DNA of 64,000 bases, taken from assembly GCA_963779615.1 (NCBI GenBank), contig CAVZZA010000003.1:256001-320000 (forward strand), given 5' to 3'. The position numbers were made by a program, and so were the translations under genes. Each line of letters opens with the position of its first letter. The stretch's first letter is position 1. Below, one piece after another: positions 55,249 to 64,000 of this stretch. Under the pieces are notes generated by a model, which saw nothing but the letters and a program-made list of their open reading frames with translations, was not told where the DNA came from and did no database searches. The DNA comes from an uncultured Nitrososphaeraceae archaeon (GTDB lineage Archaea; Thermoproteota; Nitrososphaeria; Nitrososphaerales; Nitrososphaeraceae).

Positions 55249-56016
55249 CTCATAGGGAGAACATGAAGACAATGATCCATTTTGAAAATTTGCAAATCTG
55301 TGTTGGGTGGAACTTTCCACTTCCACCACCACCATTCTCTGTTGATACAAGGAACGGCAAGAAGAGAGATGAAAAGAGAGATATTTCCCATGAATTTCAA
55401 TAAAGCGGGGAACAATCACCCGGCAATTTACACAAGTCTTTCTTGAGATATCCCACATACACGTTTTGATTCAGTTTTTGGCAATAGCAATCACCGCGCC
55501 ACCATATCTAATTGCGCATAACAAACCGGGTTTTTGATCGTCTAATCAACCATGAATCTTTACTCTTTGTAAAGTACTTGATTACCTTTAAAAAAATTTG
55601 AACCCGATTTCTTCTCAATTTCGCACTCTGACTCCTTTTATTGGTTTTTCTACAGAAAGTAATGCTGCTTTTGAATATTCCCCAATTACGGTCAAAAAAA
55701 GTGAAAGGTAGCAAATATGCCTAGTTCCCGATCTTATTTCCATATCCCGTAAAAAGTACAAGCGACAAATAAGAAAGAAAACTATATCATGATGCTTTGC
55801 TTCAATGCCTTAATTTTAGCCAATATTTGGATATTATAATATGCTGTATGCAATAGGCCTAAAACATTGTTTGTAATTATTCCCGAATTTCCCCAAAATA
55901 ACAAAAACATACATAAAATCTTAACGCAGGTGTCACAGGATTTGTAATCACAGATAAGTCATTTACCAACATCAAGAATAGAAAAGATGTGTATGGAGAT
56001 TTCACAGGTAAAAAAA

Positions 56017-56388
56017 TCATACGTTGATAGACAAAAGTGCCTCATCTAATGTTGACAGACATTGGACAAACAGGCTAGAACTTCTCCTAAAAAGCCACAA
56101 GGAAAATTCTTCGAATGTGAAAACTCGCTGATGAGGAACTGCTATTGGAACAAAGCCCCCAAAGCTAATGACTTGAATAACCACAAAATTTTCATTAATG
56201 ATGGCTAACTCTTGTTCACCAAACTCATTTTCTTCGTCCAATAGAGTGGTATAGAGAATAACGGGTTTTCCATTACCAGCTTTTGACATGTTAAGAGATA
56301 GATCCTCTAGTTTCTTTCTGAAAATATTGACTAAAAAATCGTCAAACGACATTTGTTTTTCATTACAGAGGCCTTTCTCTTTTTTCAA
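56017..56388 (-). CDS. Hypothetical protein
   Basis: 123-aa ORF. Confidence 0.65.
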   Translation of the reverse strand: MKKEKGLCNEKQMSFDDFLVNIFRKKLEDLSLNMSKAGNGKPVILYTTLLDEENEFGEQELAIINENFVVIQVISFGGFVPIAVPHQRVFTFEEFSLWLFRRSSSLFVQCLSTLDEALLSINV

Positions 56389-56534
56389 CTGATTGATGTT
56401 TAAAAAACAATTTATCTATATCAATGATCACAACTATTGACTTTTTAACCAATGTTTATTATATATCCATTAACGGTATGTGATATACTGAAAGGTATTT
56501 CTTGAACCTCAATAAATTTAAACGACTAACAAAA

Positions 56535-59500
56535 TTAATTTATGGATATCTTAATCTCTTTTCCATCTATATCAATTGATTTGTGGTTAAACTTGTTATC
56601 CGGTACTTCAGAAAACACAACATCCCTTACACGAACCAGGTTTTTAATCTCCTCATAATAATTTTTTAATTGCATAATTTCATCTTTTGATATGTTCGAT
56701 ATGTATGCACAGGCAAGTATTTCTGTTGGATTAAAACCTAGTTCTTTCCTTAGTTGTTGTATGTTTCTTGATAGATCCCTCACTAAACCTTTTATTATTA
56801 ACTCATCATTTCTAGATATATTGATTAGCAATAGAATGTTCTCTTTTTCCCCAGAAGCATAATTTTCATTGGGCAGGTATGCTATACCCAAATCAGCTTC
56901 AGTTAAATCAATAGATGCGTTGTTGGAATACTGGCAAGAAAAGAACCCTTTTTCCTTGATATCAAATAGAATTTGGTTCGCATCCATTAATGAAAATTTT
57001 TGGATTAAAAGTTCAATGTCAGATTTCACTTTTTTTGCTACAACTTTTCTATTGATATCAATCTTGGGTATAATCGGTGCTTTGTTTTCCAGTAGATTTA
57101 TGATTTTTTCAACATTATTGTTATACTGCAACTCACGGATAAACAGGCTGTTGATATTCAACTGGTCATTCAGAATTTCCTTTATTCCCTTGGTTTTCAT
57201 AAAATCAACGTTTTTACGATAGATGTATGCAGATTCTAACGGCCATCTTCTTTTTAGTTTTGATTTATTCCGGATAGAATAGGATAATGACGCAACCTCT
57301 TTGACTACATCAAAGGCAGATTCGGTTTCATGGTTTGAAACTTTTTGAAGGATTTCTTTATCAGACCAGCAATCCATTAAAATAGTTTCATGGCGTTTAA
57401 AACAGGACAAGTAAAGAAAATCTGTTGTAAATGGACTGAACGGATGCAATAAAAGGTCAATATTCTTAAGGCAGGTGCATAAAACCGAATAGATAGTAAA
57501 TCTACGAAACTGGTTTTCCATCTCATCGTTCCACAAATCATATCTAATCAAAGGAACATAAGTTTGACTTAACGAGGTAATAACAAACTCCTCTATGGAT
57601 CGGGACGCTTCATGGAATTTACAGCCGTCAACAAAAGAGGTAACATTGGTGATTAGTTTTTCTAATTTGGTCAATATCCACACATCAGGAGTTTGTAGGT
57701 GTCCGTCAGAAAAAAGTGATTTTAACGTATACCTACTGTCGTCAAACTTGTCATATTCGCTATTTTGTTTATAATACACATGCAAATAATATAATGTGCT
57801 AATAATCTGGTGTGGTCTGCCCAGCATCTCTTTTGTGCTGAAACTTATGGGCTCTATTGGAGAAGATTTCCACATAAAATAAAACCTAACCAAGTCTATA
57901 GGGTTCTTATCCAAGAGTAATGATGCGTCTATAACATTGCCAGCGCTTTTACTCATTTTATTTCCCTTTTCGTCCAACACGTGCCCAGTAAATAGAAAGG
58001 ATCTAAATGGGGATTGGGGACGGTTGGTTAAAAGTATATTTAGCATCAATAAAGTATATGCCCAGCCTCTTGTTTGGTCAATCCCTTCGGTCAGAAATTC
58101 AACCGGTATTAGTTTATCATATTCCTCGTCGGTTAAAGATGAGAATGGTGCACTGCCACTATTATGCCAAGTATCCAGTACAAAGGTTTCCCTGTCCATA
58201 ATGTTATGGCAATTTGGGCAAATAATCTGTATTTTATCTATCCACGGCCTATGTAATTCAAAGTCCTTACCATCGGGTAGGCTTATAGCTGATTCAACTA
58301 TTTCCTTTCTAGAAAACAGCCCTTTTTTCTCATGACAAGTAGCACAAGTCCATATTGGTAAAGGGGTTCCCCAAAACCTTTCACGGGAAATGCACCATGG
58401 AACTTTTTCTTTTATTATTTCGACAAATCTGTTTTTTGGTTGATCATAATAATAATTGATTTCATTGGCAGCATCGATGGGTTTGTTTTCGAGTTTATCA
58501 ATCATGTAAAAATACTCCCTTCTGGCCAGCCATACGATTTTGTGATGGGATCTCCAGCAGGTAGGATATTTATGTTTGATTTTACCTGTTTTCACTGCAG
58601 AATTGGCCTCGAACATTGCATTGACTATCACTGCATCGGCGTCCCTAACAAAAAGATCTTTAAACTTGCCTGCTTTCTCATTAAAAGTAACTTTATCGTC
58701 TATCGGAACAAAAATTGGTATATTTCTTCTTAGTGCAACCTCAAAGTCTTGCTCACCATTAGCAGGGGACAAATGTACAATGCCACTTCCTGTATTCACG
58801 TCAACAAAACCTTCTGCAACTACAAAATGGATTAACTTCTTGCGATAAAGTTCACACAACCCAGGAATATCCTTAATCAGCGGATGAATATAGTGCCTTC
58901 CCTCTAGATCTTTACCCAATAAAGTCTTTGTGACTTTGTAGTCCTGTATCTTTAATTCCAGCATCAGATCTTTTAATCTGCTCTCGGAGACTATCCAATT
59001 TTCAGCTTTGTCTTTATTGTCAACGGTGGTCAATACATAGCGTGCATCAGGATTCACACCAACCAGCTCATCTGTAACTATTGTGAACGGCATAGTGGTC
59101 CAAACAATTAGGAAAATATCACCACCATCACCACCATCATTTTCTAATCTCACTTTATAATAAAAAGAGGGATCTTCAACGTCCTCATAACTTTGATTAA
59201 TTTCTGAATTACTAAGAGAGGTCTGGCATGAGGGACAGTATGCAACTACCCTAAATCGCTCCTTTAAAATATTGTTGTTATAGGCCTTTTTAACATATTT
59301 CCATTCTCTCTCTATATAGGAATCAGTAAAGGTCCAATAGGCGTTATCATAATCAAAAGACATTCCAAGTAAATTGTCAACATCAAGCCACTTTTTATTA
59401 TATTCTGCAATAATTTTTTTACACGTATTAACTATTTTTTCAATCCCTACTTTTTTTAAGTTTTCAGCCTTGTTACCAGTAAGCCCTAAAACTTTTTCTG

Positions 59501-59819
59501 CATTCAGTTCAACAGGCAAACCCTGTGCGTCCCAGCCGGCTCTAAACACGACTCTTTTCTTTTCAATAGAATTTTTACGATACCATAAATCCTTTATTAT
59601 GCGCCCTCTTAAATGGCCTATGTGAGGCTCACCATTCATGGTTGGTGGTCCATCTATAAAGCCAATCGTTTTAGAAAAATTATTACCGTCATTAATAAAA
59701 GTTCTAATAATATTTTTTATTTCCGGCTTTTGATAGTAAGCCCTGACTTGATTTTCAATTAGTTTGGCATCAAATTTATCGCCTAAATTCATCCTATTAG
59801 TTGTCCCGGCCATTTCCAT
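56535..59819 (-). CDS. ileS: Isoleucine-tRNA ligase
   Basis: DGPP...HIGH, WTTMPFT, WCISRERFWG, DQTRGW, KMSKS. Confidence 0.97.
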   Translation of the reverse strand: MEMAGTTNRMNLGDKFDAKLIENQVRAYYQKPEIKNIIRTFINDGNNFSKTIGFIDGPPTMNGEPHIGHLRGRIIKDLWYRKNSIEKKRVVFRAGWDAQGLPVELNAEKVLGLTGNKAENLKKVGIEKIVNTCKKIIAEYNKKWLDVDNLLGMSFDYDNAYWTFTDSYIEREWKYVKKAYNNNILKERFRVVAYCPSCQTSLSNSEINQSYEDVEDPSFYYKVRLENDGGDGGDIFLIVWTTMPFTIVTDELVGVNPDARYVLTTVDNKDKAENWIVSESRLKDLMLELKIQDYKVTKTLLGKDLEGRHYIHPLIKDIPGLCELYRKKLIHFVVAEGFVDVNTGSGIVHLSPANGEQDFEVALRRNIPIFVPIDDKVTFNEKAGKFKDLFVRDADAVIVNAMFEANSAVKTGKIKHKYPTCWRSHHKIVWLARREYFYMIDKLENKPIDAANEINYYYDQPKNRFVEIIKEKVPWCISRERFWGTPLPIWTCATCHEKKGLFSRKEIVESAISLPDGKDFELHRPWIDKIQIICPNCHNIMDRETFVLDTWHNSGSAPFSSLTDEEYDKLIPVEFLTEGIDQTRGWAYTLLMLNILLTNRPQSPFRSFLFTGHVLDEKGNKMSKSAGNVIDASLLLDKNPIDLVRFYFMWKSSPIEPISFSTKEMLGRPHQIISTLYYLHVYYKQNSEYDKFDDSRYTLKSLFSDGHLQTPDVWILTKLEKLITNVTSFVDGCKFHEASRSIEEFVITSLSQTYVPLIRYDLWNDEMENQFRRFTIYSVLCTCLKNIDLLLHPFSPFTTDFLYLSCFKRHETILMDCWSDKEILQKVSNHETESAFDVVKEVASLSYSIRNKSKLKRRWPLESAYIYRKNVDFMKTKGIKEILNDQLNINSLFIRELQYNNNVEKIINLLENKAPIIPKIDINRKVVAKKVKSDIELLIQKFSLMDANQILFDIKEKGFFSCQYSNNASIDLTEADLGIAYLPNENYASGEKENILLLINISRNDELIIKGLVRDLSRNIQQLRKELGFNPTEILACAYISNISKDEIMQLKNYYEEIKNLVRVRDVVFSEVPDNKFNHKSIDIDGKEIKISIN

Positions 59820-60083
59820 CCTTTATGTTTTTGGAAAACCAGATCTAAAGTACTTGATGTGTCTTAAAAATATTCAACCACACTAACAACACACATAATT
59901 TACGATCCATGATTTAAACATAGTTTAACAAATAAATCATCATCTACTGTACGCCAAAACATTGTATTTTTATAAATCAACAGATAATATCAAAGTAACA
60001 AAGCGAAGACACAATCATGCGATACTCATGTCACTACCTAAAAAGAACAATAGAATTATATTCAAACTGCTTAAACAATTTAC

Positions 60084-60626
60084 ATGAATAATATTAATAA
60101 AATCGGTTCAGGAAAAAACCCTCCAAGTGACATTTACACGGTAATTGAAATACCAAAAGATAGTAATATCAAATACGAAGTAGACGAAAAAACAGGAACT
60201 CTATTTGTTGATAGAAAACTCCATACATCTATGATATACCCGTTTAACTATGGGTTTATTCCACAGACAAAAGAAGAAGATGGGGATCCGATTGATGTCC
60301 TACTCCTTGGTAATGATCAATATTCACCTTTATCAGTAGTCAGGTCTAAACCAATAGGTGTTTTGCTAACTGAAGATGAAGAGGGAGGGGACTCAAAAAT
60401 AATAGCAGTCCCTCACGAAAAAATCGACGCAAGTTATTCCAATTATAGTGAAATTGAACAGATAGGCAAAGAGACATCAAACAAGATAAAACATTTTTTC
60501 GAGCATTATAAGGAACTTGAAGAAGGGAAATTTGTCAAGGTTATCGACTGGAAAAATAAAACTATAGCAGAAAAAATAGTCACGGAAGGCATTCAAAGAT
60601 TTAAAACCGCCAATATCGCAGATTAA
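60084..60626 (+). CDS. ppa: Inorganic pyrophosphatase
   Basis: KYE, YPFNYG, DGDPID, FFEHYKELE. Confidence 0.97.
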   Translation: MNNINKIGSGKNPPSDIYTVIEIPKDSNIKYEVDEKTGTLFVDRKLHTSMIYPFNYGFIPQTKEEDGDPIDVLLLGNDQYSPLSVVRSKPIGVLLTEDEEGGDSKIIAVPHEKIDASYSNYSEIEQIGKETSNKIKHFFEHYKELEEGKFVKVIDWKNKTIAEKIVTEGIQRFKTANIAD

Positions 60627-61927
60627 AGTGCCTTAAATTGTTCGCTCCAGCGCATGTAGGCCCTTACCATGTCAGAGCTGACACTTGGTTTTCTAACCTT
60701 AATCATATCTTTAAAATCATTTAAATTCAATGCTCGAGGCAACTCCGATCCGTTCATAGGGTCCCCATTCTCAAATAGTTCGTTTACAACTTTTAATTGC
60801 GCAGATTGGCAAATGTCTTTAATATCGCTTGCACTGTATGATTCAGACAACTTGGCCAACTCATCTATTTTTAGCGATGAGTCATTGTTTAGTTTTGAAA
60901 CATACTGTTTAAAAAGACTTTTTCTGGACATCATGTCAGGCAAAGTTACATATATCCTTTTTTGGAACCGCCTTAAAAATCCAGACTCCAAACTCCATGG
61001 TTTGTTGGTAGCACCAATTACATAAACGAATGAATTTTTGGATTTGTCATTTATTCCATCCATTTCTGTCAAAAATTGGTTTTTTACCCTTACCTCCCCT
61101 CCCACTTCACCGTTTCTTGTTCCAAGTAATGAATCTATTTCGTCAATAAAAAGCAATATAGGAATTTGTTCTTTTTCATGCAATTTTCTTGCAAAAGTAA
61201 ACAATTTGGAAATATTTTTCTCTGCCTCCCCTAGCCATTTGCTCATCATTGAGGGAGCATCCATTACGATAAAATATCCGTGTATTTCTGCGGCTGCGGC
61301 TGCCGCAAGCAAAGTTTTTCCGCATCCTGGAGGGCCGAACAGCAGTATCCCTCGTGGCCAGCCTAAAGGAAATAGATCGGATCGTTTAGTTGGATAAACA
61401 ATAGATTCCCGGATAGCTCTCTTTGCATCTTCCAATCCAACAACCTCATTCCAAGAAACTAAGGGTTTTTCCTTAAGGATTAGGTTATCAAATTCGGAGT
61501 TTGTCTCAGAGTTTTTTTTTGTATCAAACTGATTGAGGGTGCTGTTGTTGTTTGCAGAATGTGATGATTTATTTTGATTCCCAAAAACGGATCCGGTTTT
61601 AACTTGAGGTTTTGAGTTTTTGCTATCTGACAAACCGCTATCATGGATCATATTGGCAACCTCTTTGCTGCTGGTCTGTGCCTCATCACCCAATAGTCCA
61701 TTTGCCATTTGTAAAGCCTTAATGCGATTTTGATAGGCGCTGGCCCGTTCCAAATAAACCCTATTTAATTTGTATTCGGGGTAAATTTCCACTAATCTTA
61801 TCAATGCCTCACTAGCACGCTGGTATGACTGAATTGCAACAGAATGAGAACCTTGAGAATCGAGTTTTATTGCTTCAGCAGCAAATTTACTCGCGGTATT
61901 TTCTAATTCCTGTGGTGCCAGTGTCAT
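60623..61927 (-). CDS. cdvC: Vps4/CdvC AAA+ ATPase (MIT + AAA)
   Basis: N-terminal MIT domain, GPPGCGKT, SKWLGE, IDEID, RRFQKRI. Confidence 0.9.
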   Translation of the reverse strand: MTLAPQELENTASKFAAEAIKLDSQGSHSVAIQSYQRASEALIRLVEIYPEYKLNRVYLERASAYQNRIKALQMANGLLGDEAQTSSKEVANMIHDSGLSDSKNSKPQVKTGSVFGNQNKSSHSANNNSTLNQFDTKKNSETNSEFDNLILKEKPLVSWNEVVGLEDAKRAIRESIVYPTKRSDLFPLGWPRGILLFGPPGCGKTLLAAAAAAEIHGYFIVMDAPSMMSKWLGEAEKNISKLFTFARKLHEKEQIPILLFIDEIDSLLGTRNGEVGGEVRVKNQFLTEMDGINDKSKNSFVYVIGATNKPWSLESGFLRRFQKRIYVTLPDMMSRKSLFKQYVSKLNNDSSLKIDELAKLSESYSASDIKDICQSAQLKVVNELFENGDPMNGSELPRALNLNDFKDMIKVRKPSVSSDMVRAYMRWSEQFKAL

Positions 61928-62117
61928 TTTTTTACTTTCTTTCTATATATTTTCAGGTTCTTAGAAAGAATACAAGGTAAAGAGTTATTACCTAAAGAAG
62001 AAAAAAAAATAGACCAAAACAGACTAACTACGTCAAAGAACTTGTTTCTTTTTTTTTAATTATTAATATAAAATTATTGACAATAGACCTTACTATCATA
62101 CAATCAAAATTAACCTG

Positions 62118-62918
62118 ATGATGTCTGAAGAAAAAATAGAAAACCATGAAATAATAGGTGGTCTGGAAGAGGCAGGATTATCAAAATATGAGTCTTCAGC
62201 ATATTATAATTTGCTTGGAAAAGGCATGGTTTCTGCTACTGAAATAGCATATTGTTCTAATTTGCCTAGGACTAAAATTTACTCGGTATTAAAAAAACTT
62301 GAGAAAAAAAAATTGGTTCTGATAAACTATCAGAAACCTCTTCTGTGCAGAGCTGTTTCACCTAAAGAGGCATTTAACGAGATGATAAACAAATACGAAA
62401 ATAAATTCAAGGGGCTAAAAAAAACCATCTATAGTCTACAACAAATTAATGACGAAGGGTTAAGAAACAAAGGCATTGAAGAAAAAAAATATTTTGTATT
62501 AAATCAATTTTCTACTGCTAACAAAATAATAGATCTGATCAAGAAAACCAAAAATTCCATCGACGCTATGGTAAACTTATGGGGAAACAAACTATTGACA
62601 CACTCCAAGGATGAAATAGTCAAAACCATCATTGATGGAGTAAGAGTAAGAGTAATTTTTGACACTAAATGCAAATCTGAAGAAAAAACCATTCCAAATT
62701 CAATAGAAAAAAAATTTGCGAAAGTTACAACAAATATTTTTGTTTTTGATGATTACAACATACTAATATTGGATAACAGTGGAACAAAGTCTGCATTGAT
62801 TCAGTCAAATGAGATTTTTTTATCTACAATAATGAACCAATTCGATGGCCTGTGGAATGACCATGAGAACAGAATAGTTGAACCAGATAACAAAATCAGG
62901 TTCCTTAATAACAATTAA
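62118..62918 (+). CDS. TrmB family transcriptional regulator
   Basis: GLSKYE...LPRTKIYSVLKKLEKK. Confidence 0.88.
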   Translation: MMSEEKIENHEIIGGLEEAGLSKYESSAYYNLLGKGMVSATEIAYCSNLPRTKIYSVLKKLEKKKLVLINYQKPLLCRAVSPKEAFNEMINKYENKFKGLKKTIYSLQQINDEGLRNKGIEEKKYFVLNQFSTANKIIDLIKKTKNSIDAMVNLWGNKLLTHSKDEIVKTIIDGVRVRVIFDTKCKSEEKTIPNSIEKKFAKVTTNIFVFDDYNILILDNSGTKSALIQSNEIFLSTIMNQFDGLWNDHENRIVEPDNKIRFLNNN

Positions 62919-63778
62919 TCTATTGAATCAAATTCTCTCATAACTAATGGAAGTTCCTTCAACAAGTCTGACGCCATTAAATGCAAACCGAACTTACTAT
63001 ACAAATTAAATCCGGCCTTACCATTGAAGAATAACCCCAATACAGAGGATTCAAAGGGGTTGTTCTTAGTTAAAAAACCCGATATCAAGCCAGATAACAC
63101 GTCACCAGTTCCACCAACAGTCATTGAGGGAGTTGTCCTCTCCATAACTGAAATTTGGTCGCCATCTGAAACAATATTCCAATATCCTTTTAAGACAATT
63201 ACAATTCCATGCTCTTTGGCGTTTTTTTCAACAATGGATATTTGTTCAGATTTGGTCTGTCCGGGATCTTGTCCAAACATTCTCTTAAATTCACCAGCAT
63301 GAGGTGTAACAACCGTTTTGGTATTAATTATCTCGTTAAGGACATCCGGGATTAAGGATGAAGCATCCAGGATTAGACAGGTTTTGTCTTCCAATAATTT
63401 CCTTATTAAAAAGCATAAAGAACTTGTTTTAGAAATACCCAACCCCATACCAATAGATGCGCTATGAACTTTTTTGGGCATTGAAGACAATAACTTTCTT
63501 GACGATCCCATTGTTAATTTATCGTCAGGTAACGGTATGAAAATCAAATTTGGAGAAAACATTTTTGAGGAAACTAAGTTAATTTTTGGAATGGCAGTAT
63601 AAACCAGATCAGTACCGCTTATCAGCGCAGCAATGGATGACAAGAGAGGTGCACCATGGTAGATCCTACTTCCGCCAACAATCAAAACAATACCATTATC
63701 ACCTTTTCGGGATTGAATGCTTCGTGGTTTAACGATTTTTTTTATAAAGGCATTGTCTACGGTAATAAAATTTGGCAT
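62915..63778 (-). CDS. nnrD: ADP-dependent NAD(P)H-hydrate dehydratase
   Basis: KGDNG...GGS...YHGAP, TPHAGEF, GGTGDVLSG. Confidence 0.92.
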   Translation of the reverse strand: MPNFITVDNAFIKKIVKPRSIQSRKGDNGIVLIVGGSRIYHGAPLLSSIAALISGTDLVYTAIPKINLVSSKMFSPNLIFIPLPDDKLTMGSSRKLLSSMPKKVHSASIGMGLGISKTSSLCFLIRKLLEDKTCLILDASSLIPDVLNEIINTKTVVTPHAGEFKRMFGQDPGQTKSEQISIVEKNAKEHGIVIVLKGYWNIVSDGDQISVMERTTPSMTVGGTGDVLSGLISGFLTKNNPFESSVLGLFFNGKAGFNLYSKFGLHLMASDLLKELPLVMREFDSID

Positions 63779-64000
63779 ATATAGTATAATAACTAGCCCA
63801 AAGTAACTTTTATTCTTATTTTATTTTCAACTATCAAAACAGAGCGTATAAGAATATTTTTAATTTACTATTGATAGATATAAAGGTGATTGGAACCCAG
63901 CAGAAAAAAAGTAAAATCAGATGATAGTCAAAAGGAATTTGCCTCCCCTGTGCCATTAGAAATAGACACCCACTTTAAACTATTTGGGAAACATATGTGG

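Overview
AT-rich archaeal chromosome segment. Gene content, TATA boxes and tRNA types point to an ammonia-oxidising Nitrososphaeraceae member (Nitrosocosmicus-like; inferred). The left half (1-30.5 kb) is accessory. It holds eroded islands stacked at the 3' end of tRNA-Ile(CAU), marked by three att-like scars, and a 19.1-kb element integrated in an intron-containing tRNA-Glu(UUC). That element carries an SSV-type split tyrosine integrase disabled by an IS5/IS903-group element, a primase-SF3 helicase with a putative iteron origin, and four secreted proteins that share one Cys/Gln/Asn-rich N-terminal module but have different C-terminal domains. The right half is housekeeping (GGPP synthase, trmI, carAB, purD, folD, thi4, tuf, rps10, ileS, ppa, cdvC, nnrD). 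Top finding: carB is interrupted by a 25-nt insertion (38672-38696) that folds into a bulge-helix-bulge motif. Its predicted cut sites exactly restore the conserved GEAGE|FDYSG motif, so it is a candidate tRNA-type intron in a protein-coding mRNA. Many single-base frameshifts, including one in EF-1alpha, look like sequencing error.
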